DNA from: Tricharina praecox
Lineage: Eukaryota
DNA: 59,007 nt
Direction: 5' to 3'
Assembly (NCBI RefSeq): GCF_024521635.1
Contig: NW_026250439.1
Span: 186,001-245,007, forward strand
In this document: positions 38,233 to 49,727 of the stretch, piece after piece
How positions within the stretch are numbered: position 1 is the first letter of the stretch
Layout: the number at the start of each line of letters is the position of its first letter
Translations under genes and position numbers: made by a program
Notes under the pieces: generated by a model
The model's input: only the letters and a program-made list of their open reading frames with translations
The model's database searches: none
Told to the model about the DNA's origin: nothing

Positions 38233-39112
38233 TGAGAGGATATGGCCAGAGATCTCGCGTACGAGGCCACGATATTACGGCTTGTGGGGGGAGGGGGTAG
38301 CGTCGGAGGCAGGGCCAACCTCATCAACGTCTCAAGCTTCGAGTCTTCGACTCTGTTGGGGATGTAGTCCTTGAGCGTGAGGTAGTGGTGGTCATGTCGG
38401 TATGCGAGAGCGGATGCCCAGTCTACACGTAACACGTTATCGGACGAAGACTAGCACGACACTTCCCATAGTGTGCGCTGTGTCAGAGAAGAGCACGTAC
38501 GCCCCATCCCGCTGAGGGCGGTGTCTTGTATGTTTGGCTATGGGAATGGTATGTGAGGGTGAAAATGCTCTGCCTGCAACGCATAGAACAACTACCGGAC
38601 ATCATCACCATCCAGCTGTTGTCGTAGGACGAGTGCTACTTTATGTCGCACCGTGGCTTAACCCAGCGTCAGCACCAAAATCAAAATCCCAAAACTCAAA
38701 AACTCAAAACTTGCTTGGAAAATACAACAGCCGGACCAGCGTTTTTTTACCCGTGTGTGAACCCGGAACGTTGGTGCGCTCTCCGCGTCGATTGCGCGGC
38801 TAGACTCCATACTGGGCTACGCGGGGTTTTTTCCGTGGAGTGGAGTTGGAGGTGTTGGGGTGGTATCTAGTTATACTGGTGGGGTCGAAGGGGTGGGGCC
38901 AAAGGGGTGGAGGGGTGTAGGGGTGTAGGCAGGGGGGAAGCTCACCCGGATACATATGTGAGAGGATATGGCCAGATAAATCGCCTACCTACGAGGCTAC
39001 GATAGGGCTTGTGGGGGGAGGGGTACCGACGGAGGTAGGGACAACCTCATCAACGTCTCGAGCTTCGGCGCCGTTCAGTATGTAGTTTTTCGAGCGTGAG
39101 GTGGTGGTGGTG
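38233..39112. repeat. Diverged direct duplication of ~155 bp (38233-38391 and 38959-39112)
   Basis: Shared blocks TGAGAGGATATGGCCAGA, GGCTTGTGGGGGGAGGGG, CAACCTCATCAACGTCTC and GAGCGTGAGGT. Confidence 0.8.
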
Positions 39113-39670
39113 GTGGTTATAGTGCGGCTTTCCATCCCGTATGACTAAGTAGACATGACGTCGTCCACGCAAGCCAGCCGCGCTGTACAGACGGGACCAG
39201 TGAGTAGTCCGGCCGGCAGCGGCTTGGTAGCATCTACCCGACCAGAGCGCGCAGCCAAGCAGGCACCACGCCGGAGCAGGGGTCATGCTCGGGCCCATCA
39301 TTGCGGTTTCGGGAATCGGAATTTGGAATTGGGCTGCCATACATACTCTAAACATAGGCTGCCCAGGCCCCAGTGCCATTACCCGTATGCCCACCTACCC
39401 GCTGGGCCGCTGCCTAGTGCCCAGAGAAAATCGGGCCGAGTTCCCTGCACTTCGGGAGTACGCTTGTTTTAACGCACTGGCTTTGTTTCACGCCATGCTG
39501 TTGCTTTCGACCCCTGGTTTGTGTACAGGCAGTTTTTTCTCTTCACGGTGGGATGCTACGCGTTCGAAGGTCTGCTACTGCACGTTCGACACCATTATAA
39601 AGAACAATATTTTCGCAAAGAAAGAAAAAAACCCCAAGTCTATAGTATGATCGGCGCAAGCAAGCGATAT

Positions 39671-40885
39671 CTACACCTTTCTAGGCAGCGTATCAGTATT
39701 TACGACCGTCCTCCTATTCCAGAAGTCGACGGCGAGCTTATCACAATCCTGCCCGGAGTTCCGACATCCAGCAAAGTGCACCAGAAAGTCGTGTTGCTGA
39801 AAGTGGCCCGGGTAGATGTTGATCTTGCTCTGCTCCACGATGCCGACGTGCTTGCGCACGTGTGGGTGCGTCAGGATTAGGTGCGCGAGGCCGTCTTGCT
39901 CGTTGAAAGTGAACCTGCGGGAGAGGCTGTTAGGTGTGTACTGGATGCCCAGTGAGGCGGTGGAGAGGGGAAGGGTGGAAGTACTTGTTCTTGATGAGAT
40001 AGGGGTCGCGCCAGAGGTCGACGAACGCAGACATGAAGGCGTTTCGACGGACAAAGAAGCTTCCGGTACTATGAATGGTCAGAACTGCCCACGAACGTCA
40101 ACACCGTTTGGGGGAGGGGGACAAACTTGAGTCCGTTGCTGTCGTTCGATATGATGAGGTAGATGTTGTTCGGGTCGACGATCGTGGGTGTCTTGAGTTC
40201 CAGCTCATGCTGCGGGAGCTGTTTCTTTCCACCGAACCAAATTGGACCCTCCGATTTCACTTCCCTCATCAGCGCCTCCGGCGAGAGGAGGTAGTCCCAT
40301 AGCCCGATCGTTGCGTTCATGATGATGGCGTCCGAATCGAGACACCAGATCCACTCGACTTCCGGGTGCTTGTTGAAGGCATCGTTGAGGCCGGCTGCCG
40401 TCATGGTATTAGCGAAGCTCTTCGCTGGCCGGGGAAGCTGCTAAGACGTACCAATCTTGGACCACTGTGGATGGATTTTGAACTCGGGGTAGGTCTCGAG
40501 ATTCGCCCACATGAAGCTGTATCCTGTTGCAGCCCGTCAAACTCCAGCTCAAATCTGTCGATTGGTAGAAAGACCCACCATGAAAATCGGCGTAACGCTT
40601 CCTGTTATCTATCGCCTTCTCGAGCCAGTCCTCATGGAAGCCATAGTCGCTTTTGGTCGCCCTGTCTTTCGGCAGGAGGATGAGTAGACGGTCGACCAGA
40701 CCGGCTGGTCCCTTGTGGTGCGAAGAGCGCGAGGAATAGCTGGGTTCCATCCAGGGCTCTGGGATGGAGCTCTGGTAGGAGTGCCGATATAGCGCGGAAA
40801 GGGAGACGATAAATATCAGCAAGCATGCACCGCCGATGACGGCCGTCGTGGTGAAGTGTTGCCGTATTTTCGTGAAATTGGACAT
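39671..40885 (-). CDS. GT34-family Golgi glycosyltransferase (GMA12/MNN10-like galactosyl- or mannosyltransferase)
   Basis: Type II N-terminal TM segment. Motifs NRKRYADFHGY, WSKI, EWIWCLDSDAIIMN (DxD), GLNTGSFFVR, EQD and DFLVHFAGC. Four canonical introns restore one reading frame. Confidence 0.9.
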
Positions 40886-41375
40886 GGTGGACGAGAGTTG
40901 CAAAGCTGAAGGAAAGATGAAGGTGGTGTTTTAAGTGGAGGTACTTTTCCTTGAGTAGATGCCGTACTCACAACGGAATAGTTTGATCGCGGTAGCGCAA
41001 GCTCAAGACTTGCCGCGTAGGGTCCAAGACTTCCAAGCCGCTTATGATGTCAATCCTCTAACTATTCACAGTCCGGCTTCACCTTACGGAAGATTATTAT
41101 TCGCTCCCGCCCCCCTCGCAAGGCAAATTAAGTATCTTGAATTGTGCGTTAGGCAGGAGGTTTCATCGATCCGAGGTGTTTGCATCAAAAACATCCATAA
41201 AAGACAGCGACCGACACGACAGCAACCACATCACCGACACAACCCTGATCACAGATGGGTCCATCGAATCCACGAGTCTCGTCGGAGAGCATTCCACTAG
41301 TTCCGCTTTTGCTGGGTATATCTTCCATCTTACCACTGATTCTTCAACATTGCTGACCCGACCCCAGCGAAACCG

Positions 41376-42549
41376 ATGCCTTTGGTCGATCACTCGGACA
41401 ATACCATTCCCCCGGAAAATCATGGCGACCCAAACATTGCTCTGCAGGAGCTATCCGATGAGGAAGACAACGAACCCTCGAGTCAAGAGAAGCCGCTATT
41501 GTACGCGGATGAAGAATCCCTTGCAGCTCCCCCGCCTGTGTCAAAAACAAAGCGAAAGAACCTGATCGTTCTCCTCATCCTGGCCATAAACACAATTTCG
41601 ACCTGCTGTCTCGTCGTTCTGAATAAGTTCATCTTCTCTTTTCCGCGCCTGCAGTCGCTGCAGTTCTCCTTCACCGCCTGGCACGTCTTTTGCACCTTCG
41701 CCATTCTCTTCGCCACCTCGCATTCCCCGCTCAGACTGTTTCAGCGAATCTACTTGGACATACGCCAGGTGTTTCCGTTGGCGGTGGCATTCGCCGCATG
41801 GATAATCCTCAACAACCTCTCGCTCCTGCTCAACCCACTGGGCTTCTACCAGATCGCCAAGATTGCGACTACGCCGACCGTCGTCTTCCTCAACTACCTG
41901 CTCAACGGCGACACAGTCTCGCGCACGGTTTTCGCGGCACTCGCCACGATCTGCGCCGGCGCAGCGCTCACCTGCCACGGCTCCACGAACACCACTCCCC
42001 TCGGCGTCATCATCGCAATCGCCGCGTTCATCACCACCGCTGTCTACCAGATCTGGATCGGAAAGAAGCAGACGGACACCGGCTGCTCCGGTGCGCAGCT
42101 GCTGTTCAACCAGTCGTACCTCGCGTTGGGACTCCTCGGCGTGCTGGCGCCTTTGGTCGAGGGTCAGCTACTTGTGGCGGCGGCTAGTAGCGGCGGCGGT
42201 AGCGGCAGCGGTGGGCAAGGCGGTAGCGGAGATGCCAGGGCGCCGATGGATGCCAAAGTGTGGATTGCCATCTTACTCTCGGGAGCTACAGCCATGGTCG
42301 TAAACCTAACACAGTTTCTGATCATCGGGCGCACATCCGCCGTGACGGTACGTTTCCCTGCCCCCGCGATTCGTTTCTTCAGTTACTGACGTCGGTGGCA
42401 TATAGTTCAACGTTGCGAGCCACGCCAAAACTGCCATCATTCTGGCGGTAGGATGGCTTCTGGAGCCGGGAGGATTCGGCTGGGCCGAGTTTGTGGGCAC
42501 GGTCATGGCGGCCGGCGGTGCAGTGATTTACTCCTGTAGTAGCCGGTAA
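41376..42549 (+). CDS. Nucleotide-sugar transporter of the triose-phosphate/SLC35E-like DMT family
   Basis: Multi-TM protein with LNKFIF, LNNLSL..GFYQIAKI.TTP and FLIIGRTSAVT|FNVASHAKT. Intron at 42348-42405. Confidence 0.9.
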
Positions 42550-43634
42550 CATGTTCTGCACGAGTTATAAATGGGAATCAAGCGTTGTGAAGTTTGATAG
42601 AAGGTTACTACGGGTGCATTTGTTTTGCTGGATCTTTGTCTCTTTAATCATATTCTTTTCCTAGCTACCGTGCCGCTGCAGAACATGGTCGGTGAGTCGG
42701 ATCGTAGCGAGGAGCCGTTCGAAGGAGGGGGCATTCCGGGCTGTGGCGCATTCATGAAACCCAACATCCGAACGACAGCTCAACCGCCCAAAGTAGAAGG
42801 AAAAGTAGCAACATAGCCCACCTCGCAAGTCACCAGTCACTAATAAGGTCCATAATGATTGGCCATTTCACTACATCCCCGACATCGAGATGATGCCAAA
42901 TGTGATAACTGTGAAGGGAAAAGGACGAGCTGTATCATGCTTCCAGTCAATCACGACAGCTTCCACCTATCCTCGCCGGCTTCCATCTATTCACCTCCGG
43001 TTTCATCCATTCAAGCTTTGCCGCCGCTGGTTTCGAATAAGCGCAGTCGGAAAGGTGTTTTGAAAAGGAACATTCTAGCGGGAGCCTGTGATGGATGCTC
43101 ATGTGTCAGGCTTCTCTTGTGATTATACTTGCCTGTGAACCTACTACCACGTAGTTGATGTGAGTAATGCCGTTGTTGGTAACGAAGATGTACCTTATAA
43201 TCTCGGATAACCGTCCAGTGGGTGAAATGGATTTAGCACCACGAAACTCACTAGTGTGAATCGGGTCCGCGCCGGCGCGGCAATAGAACATCAGCTGATT
43301 AGGTTGGTAAGGCTGAAGCTCCTGAAGCATGTACGGAATTGTAGATGCAGAGCTATGCAGCGCACCCTACAAACATTAAGTCGCCAGAAATCACGGAAAG
43401 CATAATGGAGATCAACTAGATCACCTTTCCTACGAAGATAGCACACGCCGACAAAGTGATATTAGTATTTGAAGCTCTTATTCTCACATCTACGGTTGAA
43501 GATGCTCAGAACAACAACAATGATGAAGACAAAAATATCGAGCTGATTGCTCCTTAAAGATGTCTACTCCAGAAGGTGCAGTGGGTGCGCTCACGACAGA
43601 CTCGGTTGATGCGTCCTCAGCAGCAGTCTTGGAG

Positions 43635-44093
43635 TGTAATAAAGTACACTGAGAAAGTACTATACCACTCGGCCAAAAGGTATTTTGATGGCTGAAGGCC
43701 ATCATCCCAGTAGCTACTTAAGGCCAGGATTTCTGAACTGTGACATGGAGGATGTGCTCTCGGCAGGTTGATTGTTGTGCGCTTGACGTATTTGAAGGGT
43801 GCGCCGGTGGAAGGTTCAGTGGACTCATCCTCGGCAGGCTCAGCGGTCACTCTCTCAGTACACATGTGAGACTGGAACGGTTTCAGGACGTCCAAGTCTT
43901 GGTAGATATCAAGCATCAAATAAAAGTGAGGATTTCGATAATTCACAGTAAAATAATCTGAAGGGGTATCGTCAGTAGTGTTTGTCACAGTTCAGCAATT
44001 CTGGCCTTAAGTAGCTACTGGGATGATGGCCTTCAGCCATCAAAATACCTTTTGGTGGAGTGGTATAGTACTTTCCCAGTGTACTTGATTACA
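43635..44093. repeat. ~111-bp inverted repeat (43635-43745 / 43983-44093) with a 237-bp spacer
   Basis: The arms are reverse complements with few mismatches, e.g. CCAAAAGGTATTTTGATGGCTGAAGGCCATCATCCCAGTAGCTACTTAAGGCCAG. Confidence 0.9.
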
Positions 44094-44152
44094 GTGTTCA
44101 ATGATGTGTAGTTGCTGGCTTGGGATTTCCATCACAATAGTCGAGTGGCTAT

Positions 44153-44662
44153 TGTAACGGCACGGTCGGGCAAGGCTCCAGGTAGCGAAGCCGGGCTGGG
44201 GGTCGGGTTCTGGGTTCGGTAGAGGCAAGACAGGTTCAGGGGACAAGGTGAGGCAGGGCTCAGTGCAGACGGCAACTGAGAACAGAGGCAGGGACGAGGA
44301 CTACGGCGCAGACGGCAGCCGAGGCAAGGGCAGAGGTAACAGTGATTGAATTAACAAGTTGTTGCGTGAAGAACTAAGTACAGAGGGGCAACGGCCCGTT
44401 TATATAGGAAACCCTCCACTTCTTCTCGCAACCTGACAATAACCGTGGGCGTGTGCCAGACCCTGAGAAATCCACCTTGCCAGTACCCCACTTCCGTGAC
44501 TAATACCCTGCGCAGCCGCACTACCCCTGCTTACTGCACACAGCCCCAATTCCTCCGGCTCATTCCTGCATTGCCGCCCGCGCAGCCCCTTGCACTGTCC
44601 CCGCGCTGCTTTCCCACCCCTGTTCCGACTCTTCCTCGAACGTCCCGTCGCGAGCCGTGACA
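44153..44662 (-). repeat. 3' LTR of B1
   Basis: TGTAAC...GTGACA on the plus strand. About 9 mismatches to the 5' LTR by eye. Confidence 0.95.
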
Positions 44663-47600
44663 GTAGCCCCTCCTAAGGCTCGAGTTCCCACGAGAGCAAG
44701 TTGAACTGGTCCAGGCTTCGTTGGGTACCGTTGGTGGAAGTCGTCCACTACCTGTACGTCCACAAGGTTCTCCTCAGGTTCCCACGTCGGTGCCGTGAAA
44801 CCCCTCCACTTGACTAGGTACTGGAGTCTTCCCCTCAGCGTTCTGCTGTCCAGCACTTCCTCCACCTCCCATTCTTCTTGGTCGTTCACAATTACCGGTA
44901 ACGGTGGCAGCAGGATCTGGCCGGGGAGGGGGTCGTGGGCCGATGCATGGAGGAGGGACACTGGGAAGGTGCGGTGCTTTTGGATGGTGTTCGGGATGTC
45001 CAGTTCGTATGCGTGGGTTCCGATGGCTCGGGTAATCCGATAGGGTCCGTGGTGTTTGTTTTCCAGTTTCCGGCTTGGTCGCTCCGTCCGCCAGTTTCGG
45101 CCGTCCACCCATACCATGTCTCCAGGCTGGAAGGCCGGTGCGGGGGTTCGGTGCCGGTCCGTGTTGTCCTGCTGTCGTGCTTGGGCGTAGCGCATCTCAC
45201 TTCGGGCAACGTCGTGGATCTGTTGGAGTCGCTCTGCCGCTGTCTGCGCCTGTCGCTCTTTGTTCTTGTCGGTTCGGATGTCAAGCTCGAAGTCGCAACG
45301 GGGGTGGTAGCCTAGGTTAGCAAAAAACGGGGACAGGGTAGTGGTGTCGGATGCCTGGTTGTTGCCAGCGAACTCTGCTAAGAATAGGTAGCCGACCCAG
45401 TCGTCCTGCAGGTAGCTCACGTATGCCCGGAGGTGTTGTTCCATTACCGCATTCATCTTCTCTGTTTGACCGTCTGTCTGCGGGTGGAACGCCGTGGAGA
45501 GCCGTGCGTCGATCTTGAGGCAAGAGCATAGATGTTTCCAAAATCGTGAGGCAAACTGGGGGCCCCGGTCCGATACGATGGTGTCGGGTAGTCCGTGGTA
45601 TCTGAAGATCCGTTCGCAGAATAGTTCGGCGAGTCCCTCGGAGGTGATGGTCGTGTTGCAGGGGAGCAGGTGTCGTTGCTTGGTGAGGCGGTCCACAAAT
45701 ACGCAAATGGCATCGAATCCTTTTGAGGGAGGGAGTCCGGTTACGAAGTCGACGGATATATGTTGCCAGGGTTTCTCGGGTACTGGGAGTGGGCGGAGCA
45801 CACCGTAGGGGGCGTGTCTTGTTGCTTTGGTTCGTCTGCAAGTGTGGCAGTTCCTCACCAAACGGTCAACGTCCTTCCGCATCTGGGGCCAGTAGTAGTT
45901 CCGGGCCAGGAGTTCCAAGGTTTTTGCTCTTCCGGGATGGCCCATAGCCGGCGGGTCGTGGTGGTCCTGGATCAGGCGAAGTCTGAGTGGGTCGTGTTCA
46001 GGAACGTAGAGGCAATCGCGGTAATGTAATTGTCCGTTGACTTCGCTGCAGTCGGCGAGCGAGATGTCCTTCGAGTGGCGTGTTCCGTTTCTGAGCAGTT
46101 GGAGGACCTTGTTCGGCACTGGATCTGCCTGATATGCTTCGGTTATCAGGGTAGAGAGTGCGGGACGGGGTACTTCCAACGGGTTGGTTGCTGACAATCT
46201 CAATTCTTCCGGCAGGTTTTGGGGCTTGAGGACTGCTTGTTGGTTCGCCAGCAGTCTTTCATCCCCCTCCTTAGGGAGGTCTCCGGACCTCCTTGTCAAT
46301 GCATCCGGTTTCCCTCCTGCTTTACCAGGTCGATAGACGATTTTGAAGTCGAAACGGGACAGGAATTCCGACCATCGTGCTTGCCGGCGGTTGAGCAACT
46401 TGGTTGACATGAAGTATTCCAGGTTCTTGTGGTCGCTCAGGACTTGGATCGGGTGCGCGGCTCCTTCAAGGTGTGGTCTCCATTCTTCAAAGGCCCGAAC
46501 AATCGCCAACAATTCTTTGTCGTAGATTTCGTAATTGCATTCCGCCGGGGAGTGTTTCTTTGAATAGAAGGCAACTGGATGCAAAATTCCATCGTCGTCG
46601 TACTGGGAGAGGATACCGGCCGATACGTAATCCGAGGCATCAGTTTCCACCACTATTTCTCGGTCGTAGTCGAAATGTCGGAGGATCGGGGCGCTAGTGA
46701 AGGCAGTCTTGAGAGTGTCGAAGGCTTGCTGTTGGTCAATACCCCATTCGAAGGGGACGTACTTCCCATTTTCCTTTTTTGTCATTGCCGTCAGGGGAGA
46801 TACCACCTTAGAGTAGTCCTGGATAAAGCGTCGGTAGAAGTTCACAAAGCCCAAGAAACACTGCACATCCGTTACCGTCGTCGGTTTTTCCCATTCGAGT
46901 ACGCAAGAGACTTTGGCAGGATCCATCTTAATACCCTCCGTGGTTATGATCAGGCCCAGGTATTTGACCTCCGTCTGGTGGAAGTGGCATTTCTCCGGTA
47001 TCAAGTGCAGTCCGGCCGATGAAAGGGCGCGTAGCACTTTGGTGACCTGTTTTTGGTGTTCTTCCAGTGACGCGCTGTAGACAAAGACGTCATCTAGGAA
47101 GGCAACACAGAAGTCGTCCAGGAACGGTCGTAAAACGTCGTTGATCAGGGCTTGGAAGTCGGCTGGCGCGTTGGTTAGCCCGAAAGGCATGACCAATGAT
47201 TCGAAAAGTCCGTAGCGGGTCCGGAAGGCCGTTTTCCATTCCTCCCCTTCTGCCATTCGTACCAGGTTGTAAGCACCGCGGATATCCAGTGTTGTAAAAT
47301 ACTTTGCACCGGACAGTCGCATCAAGGTTTCCTGGAGCAGGGGAAGTGGGTAGCGGTTCTTGATGGTTCCTTCGTTCAGGCCTCGATAGTCCACACACAG
47401 TCGCAAGGAGCCGTCCGATTTTTTGACAAACAGGATCGGTGATGCCGCTGGTGATGAGGACGCACGGATAAATCCCTTGCTCAGATTGTCGTCAAGCCAT
47501 TCCTTGAGTGCGACCAGCTCGGTTTTCGAGAGCGAATAGAGGGGTCCGTAAGGGGGCACAAATCCTTCCTTTAGTGGGATCTTGTGGTCGTATTGCCGAT

Positions 47601-48510
47601 GGGGTGGTAGGTTCTGCGCCAACCTTTCGGAGAACAGGTGGAGAAATTCGTGATATTCGGGGGGAATGTGGGCGGTTGAGCTCTGTTTTTCTTCAGATAG
47701 AACTTCATTGATCTCCCTCAGGGTCGTGGTGGAGATGGTGAGGTTCTCCTTTCCTGCCATCTGCTGGAAAGACTTCATCCGGAGGGCTGAGATTCTGACC
47801 GTGGGTTTTCTCTGGTTAGCATCCTGCTGGTGTTCATTGATCTGGGGAGACGTAACGTATCGGGCCACGATGTCGCCGGCCCCCGCGCTTACCGCTGGCT
47901 CCTCCAGAGCTACGTTTGGTGCGAGAGCGTAAGGTAGTTCCGGTGGGTCTGTGGTGATACCGTGGGCTACTGTGGGTACCGTATTGCAGTGTGCAGTGCA
48001 ATATTGGGAACCAAAGGTGAGGGTGCGTGAGCTGAATCGGATGGCCACGTCGTGTAGGTCCATCCAGGGAATTCCGAGTACGATTGGGTAGTGCCCCAGT
48101 TTGGTGACGAACATCGGGAGTTCTTCGTGGTGATCTTGGATTGACAGGGTGGTGGTGGCAACGTGTGTGATGTCGCTGGACTCGATGGGGCGGCCGTCGA
48201 TGACCTCAAGGGCGCGCGGGGATTCAAGGGGTACAAGGGGTAGGTTGTGATGGCGGGCGAAGTCTTTGTCTACAAAGGCGATTCCGGTTGCTCCACAATC
48301 GATTAGCGCATGCGTGGCAATGGTTTTGTCACCAAACGAAAGGTTACATAGTACAACGAGATGTTTTCCTTCCATTGATGATTCCTCCACTACCATCCCA
48401 GACACTGACAAATTGGACAAACGATAATGAGTAGAAAAGGGAGAAAAAGACTTATCCTGGGTACGACCAACAACGGTGCCATCAAGCAGTTGTTGGTCTA
48501 GGCTTTTCCC
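44560..48510 (-). CDS. pol: Pol polyprotein (protease-RT-RNase H-integrase-chromodomain), expressed by -1 frameshift
   Basis: ALIDCGA (protease); LCVDYRGLN, MPFGLTNAPA and FLDD (RT); ETDAS (RNase H); HHCC and SDRGPQF (integrase); EWEVEEVLD..YLVKWRGF..TWEP (chromodomain). Confidence 0.95.
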   Translation of the reverse strand, partial: GKSLDQQLLDGTVVGRTQDKSFSPFSTHYRLSNLSVSGMVVEESSMEGKHLVVLCNLSFGDKTIATHALIDCGATGIAFVDKDFARHHNLPLVPLESPRALEVIDGRPIESSDITHVATTTLSIQDHHEELPMFVTKLGHYPIVLGIPWMDLHDVAIRFSSRTLTFGSQYCTAHCNTVPTVAHGITTDPPELPYALAPNVALEEPAVSAGAGDIVARYVTSPQINEHQQDANQRKPTVRISALRMKSFQQMAGKENLTISTTTLREINEVLSEEKQSSTAHIPPEYHEFLHLFSERLAQNLPPHRQYDHKIPLKEGFVPPYGPLYSLSKTELVALKEWLDDNLSKGFIRASSSPAASPILFVKKSDGSLRLCVDYRGLNEGTIKNRYPLPLLQETLMRLSGAKYFTTLDIRGAYNLVRMAEGEEWKTAFRTRYGLFESLVMPFGLTNAPADFQALINDVLRPFLDDFCVAFLDDVFVYSASLEEHQKQVTKVLRALSSAGLHLIPEKCHFHQTEVKYLGLIITTEGIKMDPAKVSCVLEWEKPTTVTDVQCFLGFVNFYRRFIQDYSKVVSPLTAMTKKENGKYVPFEWGIDQQQAFDTLKTAFTSAPILRHFDYDREIVVETDASDYVSAGILSQYDDDGILHPVAFYSKKHSPAECNYEIYDKELLAIVRAFEEWRPHLEGAAHPIQVLSDHKNLEYFMSTKLLNRRQARWSEFLSRFDFKIVYRPGKAGGKPDALTRRSGDLPKEGDERLLANQQAVLKPQNLPEELRLSATNPLEVPRPALSTLITEAYQADPVPNKVLQLLRNGTRHSKDISLADCSEVNGQLHYRDCLYVPEHDPLRLRLIQDHHDPPAMGHPGRAKTLELLARNYYWPQMRKDVDRLVRNCHTCRRTKATRHAPYGVLRPLPVPEKPWQHISVDFVTGLPPSKGFDAICVFVDRLTKQRHLLPCNTTITSEGLAELFCERIFRYHGLPDTIVSDRGPQFASRFWKHLCSCLKIDARLSTAFHPQTDGQTEKMNAVMEQHLRAYVSYLQDDWVGYLFLAEFAGNNQASDTTTLSPFFANLGYHPRCDFELDIRTDKNKERQAQTAAERLQQIHDVARSEMRYAQARQQDNTDRHRTPAPAFQPGDMVWVDGRNWRTERPSRKLENKHHGPYRITRAIGTHAYELDIPNTIQKHRTFPVSLLHASAHDPLPGQILLPPLPVIVNDQEEWEVEEVLDSRTLRGRLQYLVKWRGFTAPTWEPEENLVDVQVVDDFHQRYPTKPGPVQLALVGTRALGGATVTARDGTFEEESEQGWESSAGTVQGAARAAMQE

Positions 48511-49688
48511 GACTGTCCTTGGTTGTCGCCACAATTCTGGTTGCAATTGTGGTATGGGTGGTCGGGGGTCAGGGTTCCAGGTTGCTCGTGCGTCAGCTGT
48601 GCAGCTGCGGCACGGAAAGGGTTCCGATTCTTGTTCGGGCAGTGTCGGGCCATGTGGCCACTGCCTCCACAGTATAGGCACCGACCCTCGCGGAGACGCG
48701 CAGCTCGTTCTTGATCAGAGATCTTGCGACTGTTCGCGCTGAGGTCCATAGCCCCTGGGGCTGTTCCGGTTGCAGTGGTTGCCGGTGGTGTACTGTTATG
48801 CGTTTGATTCCTCGGCGGAGCTGGGGGTTGCGGGGTGGGGTTTTGTCGCGGGGGGTTGCGGCGGCCTTCACGGAGTTGGAGGGCACGTAGCTCGGAATCG
48901 AGGCTCTGGCAGAGAGCCACGAACTGGTTGTAGGTGAGTCCCTGAGTGCGGCCCACCAGTTGTCGGTGGAGCTCGATGGAGACTCCTTCGCGGAGTGCGT
49001 CGAGTTTGGCATGCTCGTCCCAGTTCAGCTTGGACACGAGTCTTTGAAACTCCGCAAAGTAAGACGTAAAGTCCTTGTTTCCTTGCTTGAGGCGGTGAAG
49101 TTCGGCGCGTGCGGTGGCTGCTGGGTCGGGATCGCCGAAGGCGTTTTCGAGGATGGTGACCATGGCATCGGCGTCGGTCAAGCTGATCACGTTGTTCTGG
49201 ATGTACGGCAGTATCTGGGCTTGGGCACGGCCTTCGAGACGGTTGAAGGTGTAGGCCATTCTGAGTGCTGGGGACGGGAAACGGGTAGGGTCGCTGTATA
49301 GTTTGAGTCGAAGCTGGGCAACGAACCCTTCGAGCTTCTCTCGAGTGCCATCTAACATGGCTGGCTCCGGGACGCGCTCGGCGCGGCCCTGGGGTTGGGT
49401 TTCTAGTGTGGCGAGACGGTTGGCGATACGACGGGAGTTGGCAAGTTGTTCTTCGAGGTCGTCTATTCGCCAGGTGGGTGCTGCTGTGGGGGATTGGGTG
49501 ATTGCACGGGCTATGATTTGGAACTGGTTATACAACCCCGACAGTGTTGCATTGTCGGCGGGTGAGTCGTGGTTAATGATGATCTCGAGTTGTTCGTAGA
49601 CGGTGGCGGGAATTTCTCGACAGTAGGGGGGTGCCACCACTACTTCCTCCTGCTGGGGAGGGCCTGGTGCTGGGGTATTGGTGGCCAT
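48498..49688 (-). CDS. gag: Gag (retrotransposon capsid + CCHC knuckle)
   Basis: 396-aa ORF with RLKQGNKDFTSYFAEFQRL, AMDLS and CLYCGGSGHMARHC. Confidence 0.93.
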   Translation of the reverse strand: MATNTPAPGPPQQEEVVVAPPYCREIPATVYEQLEIIINHDSPADNATLSGLYNQFQIIARAITQSPTAAPTWRIDDLEEQLANSRRIANRLATLETQPQGRAERVPEPAMLDGTREKLEGFVAQLRLKLYSDPTRFPSPALRMAYTFNRLEGRAQAQILPYIQNNVISLTDADAMVTILENAFGDPDPAATARAELHRLKQGNKDFTSYFAEFQRLVSKLNWDEHAKLDALREGVSIELHRQLVGRTQGLTYNQFVALCQSLDSELRALQLREGRRNPPRQNPTPQPPAPPRNQTHNSTPPATTATGTAPGAMDLSANSRKISDQERAARLREGRCLYCGGSGHMARHCPNKNRNPFRAAAAQLTHEQPGTLTPDHPYHNCNQNCGDNQGQSGKA

Positions 49689-49727
49689 GGTTCTTCGCTA
49701 GGTGGAGAGATGGGCGACGCAACAAAG

